DNA from: the human T2T-CHM13v2.0 reference genome, Homo sapiens
Reading direction: 5' to 3' (one strand)
Assembly (NCBI RefSeq): GCF_009914755.1
Contig: NC_060932.1
Length of the DNA: 64,000 bases
Notes under the pieces: generated by a model
What the model was told of the DNA's origin: nothing
What the model saw: only the letters and a program-made list of their open reading frames with translations
Databases searched by the model: none
Position numbers and translations under genes: made by a program
Part shown: positions 27,313 to 44,517 of the stretch, one piece after another
Layout of the letters: the number at the start of each line of letters is the position of its first letter
Position numbering within the stretch: the first letter of the stretch is position 1

Positions 27313-27460
27313 ATAACTCATAGTTTCTGCCATTGAACTGTAAAATTCCTTGGAAATAAAAATCACGTCTATTTTTTGTTCAGTTTGTAGTAAATACTCA
27401 GTGCCCTACATTCTATTTAGCATTGAATTTTTACAAAAATAGGATCATATTAAGAAGCTT

Positions 27461-30085
27461 GGGTGGCAGAGCAAGATGGCAGAATAGGAGCCTACACCAT
27501 TTGTTCCTGGTTCCATAGGAACACCAAATTTTAACAACTATTTGCACACAGAAAAGAGAAAAGCACTATCATAAGAACCAAAAATCAAGTAAACAATCAC
27601 GGTACCTAGTTTTAACTTCACATCACTGAGAGAGGTATTTAAAAGAATAGGAGATACAGTCTTGACTAATCAATGCTACCCCTCCCCAATCCACTGGCAG
27701 TGACCGTTCAGCGCAGAGAGTTTATGCACTTGGGGGAGTGAGGGTGAAGTGACTGCTGGACTTTACATTGAATTCAATGCTGCTGGGTCACAGAGAAGAG
27801 AAACGCCATGCTGGGCTCAGCCAACATCCACATAAGGAGGAGCATTTGGACTAGCCAGAAGGAATTGCCCATCTCAGCAGTCAGAACTTTGGTTTCTTGG
27901 AAAGCCTGGCCACCATGAGCCAAAGTGCTCTGGGGTCCTAGGTAAACTTGAAAGACAGTTTAGACCACAAGGACTGCAATTTCTAGGAAAGTGCTAGTGC
28001 TGGGCAGGGCTTAGAGCCGATGGACTAAGGAGGCACATGACCTAGGGAGACACAAGCCATGATAGCTAAAGAAGTACTTGTGTCACTCTTCCCCCAACCC
28101 TAGGCAGCACAGCTCACAGCCATGAAAGTGACTCCTTCCTTTTGCCTGAAGAGGGAACAAAGAGTAAAGAGGACTTTGTCTTGTCTCTCAGCCACAGTGA
28201 TACAGAACACCAGGATGAGTCATAAGGCCCCTGTTTCAGATCCTAGTTCATGGATGGTATTTCTAAACACACCCAGGGCCAAAAGGGAACCTGCTGCCTT
28301 GAAGGGAAAAACTAAGTCCTGGTAGGATTCATTATCTGCTGACAAAAGAACCTTTGGGCCTTGAATAACCAGCACTGATACCTAGGTTGTATGCTGTGGG
28401 CTTGGGCTCTGAGACATGCTGGCTTCAGGTGTGACCCAACACATTCCCAGCTCTACTGGCTACAGTGGAAAGATTCCTCCTGTTTGGAAAAAAAAAAAAA
28501 AACACAGGGAAAAGTTAAGGGGACTTGGTGTTGTACCATATATACCAGCTTAGCCACAGTAGGGTAGAGAAATAAAGAGGCTCTTGGGGTCCTCAAGTCC
28601 TAGCCTAGGCTCTAGGACATTATTTCTGGACCTGCCCTGGTGCAGAGGAGAACCCAATGAAGAGTAAGCCCGAGGCTTGGCAACATTCATCACAAGCTGA
28701 TGAAAGAGCCCATGCACCTTAACAGAACATTGGCAGTGATCTAACAGAATACCCCATTGACTGGTGGTGGTGGTGACCACAAGGAGAGGCTCCTCTGTCT
28801 GTGAAAAGGGAAGGGAAGAGTGAGAAAGACTTTGTCTGGTGATTTGAGTGCCACCTTAGCCATGGTAGAATAGAACATCAGGTAAATTTCTATGGTTTTT
28901 GATTCCAATCTTTTGCTCCAAGATAGCCTCTTTGGACCTGTCTGGGGCCAGGGGGAGCTTGCTGCCCTGAAGGGAAGGCCATAAACTGAGCTGGCTTTGC
29001 TATCTGTTGATTATAGAGCCCTAGAGCCTTGCATAAACACAGGTGGTAGCCAGATAGTGGTTATAGTGGGCCTTGGGCAAGAAGTGCTTTGCTAGCTTCA
29101 GGTCTGACCCAGCACAGTCACAGTGATGGTGGACACAGGGGTGCTTGCATCATCAAACTCCCAGTTCCAGGTGGCTCAGCACATAGAGAGAAACTCCATT
29201 TGTTTGGGAGAAAGTAAAGGAAAAGAACAAAAGTCTGTGCCTGGTAATCCAGTGAATTCTTCTAGATCTAATTTAAGACCACAAAGGCAGTACTTGTATG
29301 AGTCTGAAAAAAAAAATCACAGCATTATTAGGCTTAGGGCCCATGTCCTTTCAAATAGCTAGGAAGCTTTCCCAAGAAGGATGGGAACAAACAAGCCTAG
29401 ACTATGAAGACAACAATAAATACCTAACTGTTCAATGCCCAGACACCAATGAACATCTACAAGCATCGAGACTATCCTGGAAAACATGACCTCACCAGAC
29501 AAACTTAGTAAGGCACAACGGGACCAATCCTGGAGAAACAGAGATATGTAACCTTTCAGAAAAACAATTCAAAATAGCTGTTTTGAGAAAACTCAGATAA
29601 ATTCAAGATAACATAGAGAAGGAATTCAGCATTCTATGAGGTAAATTTAAAGACAGTTCTCAAGAGAAGATATACAAATGGCCCATGAACAAATGAAAAA
29701 AAAATGCTCAACATCACTAATTATCAGGGAAATGAAAATTAAAATCAGAATGTAATACTACTTTACTCCTGAAAGAATGACTGTAATTTAAAAATGAAAA
29801 AATAATAGATGTTGGTTTGGATGTGGTGGAAAGGGAAAACTTTTACACTCCTGGTGGTAATGTAAACTAGCATAACCACTATGAAAACAGCATTAAGATT
29901 CCTTAAAGAACTAAAAGTAGAACTACCATTTGATCCAGCAATCCCCTGACTGGTTAACTACTGAGAAAAAAGAAGTCATTATATGAAAAAAGACACTTGT
30001 ACGTGCATGTTTATAACAGCAGAATTTGTAATTGCAAAAGTATGGAACCAGCCAGATGCCCGATCAATAAGTGGATTAAAAAAAG

Positions 30086-30131
<46 letters not shown>

Positions 30132-33100
30132 TGGAATACTACTCAGCCATAAAAAGGAATGAAATAATGGCATTAGCGGAAACCTGAATGCAGTTGCATA
30201 TAATTATTCTAAGTGAAGTAACTCAAGAATGGAAAAGTAAATATTGTATGTTCTCACTTATAAGTGGGACCTTATAAGCTTTGAGGACACAAAGGCATAG
30301 GAATGGTATAATGGACTTCGGGGACTTGAGGGGAAGCAGGGAGGGGGTGAGAGAGTACACACTGGCTACAGTGTACACTGCTTTGGTGATGGGTGCACCA
30401 AAATTTCAGAAATTACTACTAAAGAATTTGTCCACTTAACAAAAAACCACCTGTTCCTCAAAACTATTGAAATAATTTAAAAAGATATTGAAATAATTAA
30501 GAAGAATCAAGCAGAAATTCTAGATCTGAAGAATGCAATTGACATATTGAAGAATGTCTCAGAGTCTCTTAATAGAGACTTGATCAAGGAGAAGAAAGAA
30601 TTACTGAGCTTGAAGACAAGCTATTTAAAAATACACAGTCAGAGGAGACAAAAGAAATAAAGAACAAAAAACAATGAAGCACATCTGCAAAATCTAGAAA
30701 ATAGCCCCTAGAGGGCAAATCTAAGAGTTGTTGGACTTGAAGAGGAAGTAGATAAAGAGATAGGATTAGCAAGTTTATCCAAAAGGATAATATCAAAGAA
30801 CTTCCCAAACCTAGAGACAGATATCAACATTCAAGTACAAGAAAGTTATAGAACATCAAGCAGATTTTAACCCAAAGAAGACGACCTCAAGACATTTAAT
30901 AACCAAATTTCCAAAGGTCAAGGATAAAGAAAGGATCCTAAAAGAAACAAGATAAAAGGAACGAATAACATATAATAGAGCTCAAATATATCTGGTAGTA
31001 CACTTTTCAGTGGAAACCTCAGGCCAAGAGAGAGTGGGAAGACATATTTAACTGCTGAAGAAAAAAAAGAAAAACAAAAACTTGTACCCTGGAGTAGAAT
31101 ATCCGGTGACAATATCCTTCCAGCATGAAGGAGAAATAAGAACCTTCCCAGGGAAACAAAAGCTGAGGGATTTCATCAACACCAGACCTGTCCTACAAGA
31201 CAGGAAGTTCTTCAATCTGAAAAGAAAAGGGCATTAATGTGCAATTAGAAATCATCTGAAGGTACAAAACTCACTGGTTATAGCACAGAGAAAAAGCAGT
31301 ATATTATAATACTGTAATTGTGATGTATAAAGTACTCATATAAGTAGAAATACTAAATGAGAAACCAATAAAAAATAATAACTAGAACAACTTTTCAAGA
31401 AATAGTATAACAGGACATAAAGAGAAACAACAAAGAGTTAAAAAGTGTGTGTTGTAGGTGTGAAGTTAGTGTAGCCTTTATTAGTTTTTCTTTTGGTTTG
31501 TTTGTTAATTTATGCAATCAGTGTTAAGTTGTCATAAATTTAAAATAATAGGTTGTAACAGTATTTGCAAGCCATATGGTAACGTTGAATCAAAAAACAT
31601 ACAACAGATACACAAACAATAAGAAGCAGCAAATTAAATTATACCACTGAAGAAAAATCATCTTCACTAAAAAGATAACAGGAACAAAGGAAAAAATGAA
31701 AAGAATACAATAGAACTACAGGAAAACAAATTTCAAAATGACAGGAGTAATTCCATACTTATTAATAATAACATTGAATGTAAATAGTCTTAACTCTCCA
31801 ATCAAAGGACATAAGGTGGCTCAATGGGTGAAAATACAAGACCCTATGATTTGTTGCCTAGACTTGTTCAGAGTTACGTAGACTGAAAATCAAGGGATGG
31901 AAAAAGATATTCCCTGCCAATGAAAATAAAAAAAAAAAAAAGCAGGAGTAGCTATGCTTATATCAGACAAAATAGATTTATAGATTTCAAGACAAAAATT
32001 GTAAGAAGGCACCAAAAGATCATTATATAATAATAAAGGAGTGATTCAGCAAGAGAGTATAGCAATTGTAAATATATATGCACCCAACACTGGAGCATCT
32101 AGATATAAAAAGCAAATGTTATTAAAGCTAAAGAGAAAAATAAACCTCAATACAATGAGAGCTGGAGACTTCAACACTCCACTTTCAGCATGAGACAGAT
32201 TTCCCAGACAGAAAATCAACAAACATAGAACAAATGGACCTCATAGATATTTACAGAATCTTTTATTGAACAGCTATAGAACATACATTCTTCTCCTCTG
32301 CACATGGATCATTCTCAAGGATAGACCATATGTTAGGTCACAAAGCAAGTCTTAAAATATTCAAAAAATTGAAATAGTATCGAGCATATTCTCTGACCAC
32401 AATGGAATAAAATCTGAAATCAATAACAAGAGGAATTTGGAAAACTATACAAATACATGAAAATAAACAATATGTTCCTGAATAACCTGTGGGTGAATGA
32501 AGAAATTAAGAAAGTATTTGAAAAATTTATTGCAAAAATGATAATGGAAACAGAGTATACCAAATTCTATGGGATGTGCAAAAGCAGTACTAAGAGGGAA
32601 GTTTATAGCTATAAGTGCCTGCATCAAAAAAAGAAGAAAAACTTCAAACAAGTTACCTAACAATTCATCTTAAAGAATTAGCAAAGCAAGAGCAAACTAA
32701 ACCCCAAATTAGTAATGAAAAAGAAATAATAAAGACTAGAGGAGAAATCAATGAATTTGAAATAAATAAAACAATACAAAAAATCAAAAAGAAAAGTTGG
32801 CTTTTTGAAAAGAAGAGATATTGACAAACCTTAGTCAGACTAAAGAATAACAAAAAAGGGAAAAGTCTCAAATAAATGAATCAGAGATTAAAAAGGAGAC
32901 ATTACAACTGATACAGCAGAAATTCAAAGGATCATTAGTGGTTACTAGAAGCAATTATATGGCAATAAATTAGAAAATCTAGAGAACATGGTTAAATTTC
33001 TAGACACACACAATCTACCAAGATTGAACTCTGAAGAAATCCAAAACCTGACGAGACCAATAACAAGTAATGATATCAAAGCCATAATAAAAATTATCCC

Positions 33101-34500
33101 AGCAAAGAAAAGCCTGGCACCTGATGGCTTCACCCCGAATCCTATCAAACTTTTGAAAAAGAACTAATACCAATCATACTCAAACTATTCTGAGAAATAG
33201 AGGAAGAGGGAATACTTCCAAACTCATTCTATAAAGTATTACCCTGATACTAAAATCGGGCAAAGACATATCAAAAAAGGAAACTCAGGCCAGTGTCTCT
33301 CATAAATATTGATACAACAATCCACAAGAAAATACTAGCAAACTGGTATTCGGCAATACATTTAAAAAGATCAATCATCATGACCAAGTGTCATTTATCC
33401 CACGGATGCAAGGTGGTCCAATATATGCAAATCAATTACTGTAATACATCATATCAACAGAATAAAGGACAAAAATCATATGATCATTTTAATTGGTGCT
33501 GAAACAGCACTTGATAAAATTTAACATCCATTCATGATAAAAATCCTCAAGACAATGGCTACAGAAGGAATATAGCTCAACATAATAAAAGCCATAGATG
33601 ATAGGACCACAGCTAATATACTGAGAAATGCAAATCAAAACTACAATGAGATATCATCTCACCCCAGTTAAAATGGCTTATATCCATAAGACAGGCATAA
33701 GACAAATGCTGGCGAGGATATGGAGAAAAGGGAACCCTTTTACACTGTCGGTGGGAATGTAAATTAGTACAAACACTATGGAGAAGAGTTTGGAGGTTCC
33801 TCAAAAAACTAAAATAGAGCTACCACATGATCCAGCAATCCCACTTCTGGGTATATACCCAAAAGAAAGAAAATTAGTATATGGGAGAGATGTCTGCACT
33901 CCTATGTTTGTTTCAGCGCTGTTCACAATAGCCAAGATTTGGAAGCAACTTAAGTGTCTGTCAACAGATAAATGGATAAAGAAAATGTGGGACATATACA
34001 CAACGGTGTACTGTTCAGTCATAAAAAGAATGAGACTGGAGATCATTATGCTAAGTGAAATAAGCCAGACAGAGAAAGACAAGCATCATCTTTTTTCATT
34101 CATATTGGGATCTAAAAACCAAAATGATTGAACTCATGAACATAGAGAGTAGAAGGATGGTTACTAGAGGCTGGGAAGGGTATTTAGGTGGGGGTGGCGG
34201 GGGAATTTTGGGATGGTTAATGGATACAAAAAAATTGGCAGAAAAAATGAATAAGTCCTAGTGTTTGATAGCACAACAGGGTGATTATAGTCACTAATAA
34301 TTTAATTGTACATTTTAAAATAACTAAAAGAGTATAATGGGATTGTTTGAACACAAAGGGTAAATGCTTGAGGGGATGGATACTCCATTTTCTATGATGT
34401 GATTATTACACATTGCATGCCTGTATCAAAATATTTCATGGACCTCATAAATATATACACCTACTATGTACCCATAAAAATTAAAAAATAAAAAAAGAAA
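27461..34500 (+). mobile_element. Near full-length old L1 (L1MA1-3-like) with ~2 kb 5' UTR, degenerate ORF1/ORF2, internal ORF2 deletion and 3' UTR
   Basis: Starts GGCAGAGCAAGATGGCAGAATAG; ORF2 start ATGACAGGAGTA at 31738; C-terminal peptide [17 protein letters not shown]; L1MA-type 3' UTR with A-tail. Confidence 0.92.
29651..30475 (+). mobile_element. 5'-truncated L1PB-like element nested in ORF1 of the L1MA
   Basis: L1PB 3' end CAGTGTACACTGC...GGTGATGGGTGCACCAAAAT...AAACTATTGAAATAA; AATTTAAA on both sides; host ORF1 resumes afterwards. Confidence 0.88.
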
Positions 34501-36534
34501 CTGTATGTAGGTGAGAGAAGGTCATTATTTTTTTTTGAGTTTTGACATAATTGTCAGACTCCACCTCAGAGATGGTAGTAAGTTAAGCCACACGATATTG
34601 CCAATATTTGCTTGTTTTAATCAAGGCAAAGAGCAATTTTATATGGTTAATCTATGTTTTTAATATTCACAGCATAGATCTCCCTGAGAATCTGTCCTTA
34701 AAGCTTTGTTGCAATTACAAGGATGCCTATAAAAAGGTAATTGTTTAGTTTGACTTATTGGGTTGTGACAATGGAGTTCAGGTTAAGTCTATGGCTAGGT
34801 TTGCATAAATGGGCACACTGTTGTTTAACTGAGATGGAGATTTTCAATCTTACTGACTCTCTAAAAAATGTTCTGTTCTGTGTGTGGCCTGTGCAACGCT
34901 CTGATATTTTTGTTCTCTGATCACATAGAGTGAGATTATTGATATATCAGTAAAATTTAAAGAGGGGAGTGCAAATGGAGCATGGTGTAGGAAGCACATC
35001 CTTTGTGTCAGATGTTGTGATAGCTATGACATACATCAGTCCGTTTAATTCTTATTGCACTGCATAGGGAATGTCAGAGGATAAAAAATAGGATCAGAAA
35101 AGTGAAGAAAATTCACTCAACATCATAATGCTAATAAATGCCAGAGCAAGAGATGGGACTGTTCCATTAGAGTCTAGAGTCCAATGTTATACTAGGTGCT
35201 ATGTGCTACTCCAGGTGGATAAGTCATGGCAGAAGCCACCAACACCTTCTTTAGCATGCACCTGCCATCTTTTGAAGGTTATGGTTCTTGTGTGCCAGAG
35301 ACAAGGGACTCTTCTGAAAAAGTTTCCAAGTACCCAGAGACTTTGGAAATTGCACTGTGCCACCATCTGCATAATATATAAGTAGAAGGTCTGTTACCAT
35401 CTTAGTTAAAGCAGCTGCAAAGTTTATGAAACAACAGGTAACAACCAGTCACAATATGCTTCCTCATTACATAAGATTTCCAGTGGCCCATTGATCTCTC
35501 TGACTCAGGCTTGCCCCAGATTCCAACTCCTCTTTTACCTGGCTCATGGTAATAGCCTGATAAATATTCTCTAGCCACAAGATGCATTTTGTGGCAAGTA
35601 TGACCTCAGAAAATACAAAAAGAGTCTAACCTGGAACCCCTACCCACCCCTCACACACATTCAAAATTAAAATTCCTAACCTGGAGTCCAAATATCTTTA
35701 TGATCTGGCCTCTTTCTCTCTCCACGGGCTTCTCCATAACCACTCTATCTTCTTGCCTGCACAGCAATATTCTTCCAACCCTTCAGTTTCTGCAGGCCCC
35801 TTGTGGCACAGCACCACAAGTCAAGGCTCTCTAAATTGTGCAGGGAGCAAATAAGAAGGCTTTGATTTATATTGTAAATCTAAAATTAAGAAAAGAATAT
35901 ATTAAGAATTCTACAAGAATTGACAAGGAGCAATAAACCCTACTGAAAGAAGGATGGAAATTCCACAATCTTGTCTAACTACTGGGGGCCGCTCATGTAT
36001 CCATTTTTGAGCTATTATGACATACAGTCATATAAGCATCACAGTATGTCATCGATATGGTGACATTAATTAAACAAAGACAATAAACAGTAGACCCTTT
36101 ATAGGACTTTTAATGAGATGGTAGGCAATGATGTCAAACTTTAAACTGTGTGACATTTGTTTGGTTATCTCATGACAGATTATTTGGAAGTCTTTGGAGT
36201 GTCCATGACCACAAAGCTGAGGCCCAGGCTCAGAAGTAGCAGCTGTGCAAACTGTGATGTCTAGTACATACAAGAGGCAGCAGTGGGACCATCATCAGAT
36301 GAACTCTGTGTTTACTGGACATCATTCACAGAAGCCGAGGTACAAACTCAAACCCTCCCCAAAATACTGCAATCCAGTCAAGGCTGTGTTGATAAATTAT
36401 ATGTATTTGACATACCAGAGCAGCTTTGATCGTCAACTGGAAGCCCTGGTTCTATACAAATGTCCCACACTGGCTGGCATTTTCTGTGTTGAGACGTAGT
36501 TATTACTAGTATGCTACTTAAGATTAGATTATCT

Positions 36535-36812
36535 GGCTGAGAGCAGTGGTTCACCCCTGTAATCCCAGCACCTTGGGAGGCCGAGGCAAGATCACCTGTG
36601 GTCAGGAGTTTGAGACCAGCCTGACCAGCATGGTGAAACCTTGTCTCTGCTAACAGTACAAAAATTATCTGGGCATGGTGGCGCATGCCTGTAATCCCAG
36701 CTACTTGAGAGGCTGAGGCAGGAGGATCGCTTGAACCCAGGAGGTGGAGGTTGCAGTAGCTGAGATTGCACCACTGCACACCAGCCGGGGCGGACGTCAT
36801 CTCAAAAAAAAA
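36535..36812 (+). mobile_element. AluS element
   Basis: Dimeric Alu; TSD AGATTATCT on both sides. Confidence 0.93.
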
Positions 36813-37091
36813 TCAGATTATCTATCTTTGTATCTCTGTATCCATCTATTTCTATACTGATATGAACAGATAGTTAGATAGATGTAGATATGTATATCTT
36901 GATAGATAAAGATATCTATGCATGCCTGCAGTCTATGTCTCTAAATACAGATAAAGATGGATAGATCTAAGTATCCATCTCAGAGGTGTATAGAGAAATA
37001 TAAATATATAGATATTTACATTACTCTAAAAATTGATATAAACAGGTAAATATTTGTCTATCTCTATCTCTGTCTTATATTTAGCAATATA

Positions 37092-37202
37092 TGTGAGATG
37101 GTCAAAGTTGTGTCATCTTGGTTAGGTTATGGTGCACAGTTTGATCAAACACAAGTCCAGATATTGCTGTAAAGGTATATTGTAGATGTGATTTACATTT
37201 AT
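37092..37202 (+). mobile_element. MLT2D-like LTR, 5' part (split by the L1HS insertion)
   Basis: TGTGAGATGG...TGTGTCATCTTGG...TTGATCAAACACAAGTCCAGATATTGCTGT. Confidence 0.8.
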
Positions 37203-37238
37203 TTATTTATTTTTTTTTTAACTTAAATATGTACAATT

Positions 37239-37244
37239 TTTATT
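37239..37244 (-). terminator. AATAAA polyadenylation signal ending the transduction
   Basis: TTTATT on + strand, 19 nt from the second poly(A) tail. Confidence 0.85.
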
Positions 37245-37747
37245 TATCAATCATACTTCAATGAAGCTAGAAAGAAAAATAAGAAAAAAACATTTGTACA
37301 GCATAATTAATTATGAAACGGATACATTTTCTAACAATTATGATATATTTTTCTATGCTTATTTTAGAATATTGTATTGTCATTGGGATTATTGCCACCA
37401 TTTTCTTCTCTGTACCTGTGTTCCTATCTTTATCGCAGTGACCAAATCTCCTCTGATAACACTTAATTTTTGCCCATCTGAAATTATATCTTAAATTCCA
37501 AAAAGTAAATATTTTCTGATTTTTAGGGAAAAATAAGAATTTTTTAGATTTCCTAGGTGACCTCTAGAAAAACTGTGACAATTTTTGCCTTATAAAATGG
37601 ATGAGGCTAAAATAAATTGGGCTTCTTTGGTATGCCCCATATTTCTTCATTAGTTCCACACATCTGTGTGAGTTGCATGAGGTCAATTCTAAAAGACTCA
37701 GCCTTCTCAGTTCATTTTACATAATCTTACATATTAAGATGAATGGT

Positions 37748-38068
<321 letters not shown>

Positions 38069-38389
38069 TTAACTCACAGATTAGAGACTGTAATAGGAAA
38101 TTGGAGAGGTATATGCCCCCAGGTGAAACACTGGTCAAGTCTTTATGAGATAGTATTGAACCTAATGCAGAATTTTTTTTTTTTTTTATACTCTAAGTTT
38201 TAGGGTACATGTGCACATTGTGCAGGTTAGTTACATATGTATACATGTGCCATGCTGGTGCACTGCACCCACTAATGTGTCATCTAGCATTAGGTATATC
38301 TCCCAATGCTATCCCTCCCCCCTCCCCCGACCCCACCACAGTCCCCAGAGTGTGATATTCCCCTTCCTGTGTCCATGTGATCTCATTGT

Positions 38390-42241
<3,852 letters not shown>

Positions 42242-42280
42242 TCATTAATTGATGCAGTTTCTTCCTAGTCTCGATGGTCT

Positions 42281-43297
42281 TTACATTTTGGCATGGTTTT
42301 GCAGCGGCTGGTACCGGTTGTTCCTTTCCATGTTTAGCGCTTCCTTCAGGAGCTCTTTTAGGGCAGGCCTGGTGGTGACAAAATCTCTCAGCATTTGCTT
42401 GTCTATAAAGTATTTCATTTCTCCTTCACTTATGAAGCTTAGTTTGGCTGGATATGAAATTCTGGGTTGAAAATTCTTTTCTTTAAGAATGTTGAATATT
42501 GGCCCCCACTCTCTTCTGGCTTGTAGGGTTTCTGCCGAGAGATCCGCTGTTAGTCTGATGGGCTTTCCTTTGAGGGTAACCCGACCTTTCTCTCTGGCTG
42601 CCCTTAACATTTTTTCCTTCATTTCAACTTTGGTGAATCTGACAATTATGTGTCTTGGAGTTGCTCTTCTCGAGGAGTATCTTTGTGGCGTTCTCTGTAT
42701 TTCCTGAATCTGAATGTTGGCCTGCCTTGCTAGATTGGGGAAGTTCTCCTGGATAATATCCTGCAGAGTGTTTTCCAACTTGGTTCCATACTCCACATCA
42801 CTTTCAGGTACACCAATCAGACGTAGATTTGGTCTTTTCACATAGTCCCATATTTCTTGGAGGCTTTGCTCATTTCTTTTTATTCTTTTTTCTCTAAACT
42901 TCCCTTCTCGCTTCATTTCATTCATTTCATCTTCCATTGCTGATACCCTTTCTTCCAGTGGATCGCATCGGCTCCTGAGGCTTCTGCATTCTTCATGTAG
43001 TTCTCGAGCCTTGGTTTTCAGCTCCATCAGCTCCTTTAAGCACTTCTCTGTATTGGTTATTCTAGTTATACATTCTTCTAAATTTTTTTCAAAGTTTTCA
43101 ACTTCTTTGCCTTTGGTTTGAATGTCCTCCCGTAGCTCAGAGTAATTTGATCGTCTGAAGCCTTCTTCTCTCAGCTCGTCAAAATCATTCTCCATCCAGC
43201 TTTGTTCTGTTGCTGGTGAGGAACTGCGTTCCTTTGGAGGAGGAGAGGCGCTCTGCGTTTTAGAGTTTCCAGTTTTTCTGTTCTGTTTTTTCCTCAT
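42281..43297 (-). CDS. ORF1: LINE-1 ORF1p RNA-binding protein, intact 338 aa
   Basis: MRKKQNRKTGNSK...LQNHAKM with REKG, ARR and YPAKLS motifs; 63-nt spacer to ORF2. Confidence 0.97.
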   Translation of the reverse strand: MRKKQNRKTGNSKTQSASPPPKERSSSPATEQSWMENDFDELREEGFRRSNYSELREDIQTKGKEVENFEKNLEECITRITNTEKCLKELMELKTKARELHEECRSLRSRCDPLEERVSAMEDEMNEMKREGKFREKRIKRNEQSLQEIWDYVKRPNLRLIGVPESDVEYGTKLENTLQDIIQENFPNLARQANIQIQEIQRTPQRYSSRRATPRHIIVRFTKVEMKEKMLRAAREKGRVTLKGKPIRLTADLSAETLQARREWGPIFNILKEKNFQPRISYPAKLSFISEGEMKYFIDKQMLRDFVTTRPALKELLKEALNMERNNRYQPLQNHAKM

Positions 43298-44203
43298 CTT
43301 TGTGGTTTTATCTACTTTTGGTCTTTGATGATGGTGATGTACAGATGGGTTTTCGGTGTAGATGTCCTTTCTGGTTGTTAGTTTTCCTTCTAACAGACAG
43401 GACCCTCAGCTGCAGGTCTGTTGGAATACCCTGCCGTGTGAGGTGTCAGTGTGCCCCTGCTGGGGGGTGCCTCCCAGTTAGGCTGCTCGGGGGTCAGGGG
43501 TCAGGGACCCACTTGAGGAGGCAGTCTACCCGTTCTCAGATCTCCAGCTGCGTGCTGGGAGAACCACTGCTCTCTTCAAAGCTGTCAGACAGGGACACTT
43601 AAGTCTGCAGAGGTTACTGCTGTCTTTTTGTTTGTCTGTGCCCTGCCCCCAGAGGTGGAGCCTACAGAGGCAGGCAGGCCTCCTTGAGCTGTGGTGGGCT
43701 CCACCCAGTTGGAGCTTCCCGGCTGCTTTGTTTACCTAAGCAAGCCTGGGCAATGGCGGGCGCCCCTCCCCCAGCCTCGTTGCCGCCTTGCAGTTTGATC
43801 TCAGACTGCTGTGCTAGCAATCAGCGAGATTCCGTGGGCGTAGGACCCTCTGAGCCAGGTGTGGGATATAGTCTCGTGGTGCGCCGTTTCTTAAGCCGGT
43901 CTGAAAAGCGCAATATTCTGGTGGGAGTGACCCGATTTTCCAGGTGCGTCCGTCACCCCTTTCTTTGACTCGGAAAGGGAACTCCCTGACCCCTTGCGCT
44001 TCCCAGGTGAGGCAATGCCTCGCCCTGCTTCGGCTCGCGCACGGTGCGCACACACACTGGCCTGCGCCCACTGTCTGGCACTCCCTAGTGAGAAGAACCC
44101 AGTACCTCAGATGGAAATGCAGAAATCACCCGTCTTCTGCGTCGCTCACGCTGGGAGCTGTAGACCGGAGCTGTTCCTATTCGGCCATCTTGGCTCCTCC
44201 TTC
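43298..44203 (-). promoter_or_regulatory. L1 5' UTR: CpG-rich sense promoter with intact YY1 site, plus antisense promoter
   Basis: Minus strand begins GAAGGAGGAGCCAAGATGGCCG; YY1 core at 44183-44191; only CpG-island-like stretch in the window. Confidence 0.92.
43753..43968 (+). CDS. ORF0: LINE-1 antisense ORF0, intact 71 aa
   Basis: MAGAPPPASLPPCSLISDCC...RCVRHPFL*; splice-donor GT at 43859 and 43944. Confidence 0.88.
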   Translation: MAGAPPPASLPPCSLISDCCASNQRDSVGVGPSEPGVGYSLVVRRFLSRSEKRNILVGVTRFSRCVRHPFL

Positions 44204-44517
44204 TGATTTACATTTATAATCAATTAGGTTTAAGTAAAGGAGAGTGTTCTCCATCATACAGGTGGGTATCATCCATTCATTTAGAGGTCTTTAGAGCAAA
44301 AAAGGTAGTTTTCCTGGAAAAGAAGGAATTCTGCCTCAAGATTTTAATTCTGCCTCAAGAAAAATTGCATGAATTTCTAATGTGCTGGCCCGCTATGTAG
44401 ATTTTGTACTTGCCAGTCTTAACAATTGCAATAATAAATTCCTTAAGAGAAATCTCATTCTTTTTCTATCTTTTTTTTTCTCTTCTCTCTATATTTATGG
44501 AAAGCTTGACTGATACA
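44204..44517 (+). mobile_element. MLT2D-like LTR, 3' part
   Basis: Continues the 37092-37202 piece (TAAGTAAAGGAGA...GAAGGAATTCTGCCTCAAGA); ends TGACTGATACA. Confidence 0.8.

Noticed and set aside
36812-37090. TATC/GATA-rich tract mirrored at 44520-44730
   Set aside because: Most simply one degenerate simple-repeat region split by the MLT2 and then the L1HS insertion.
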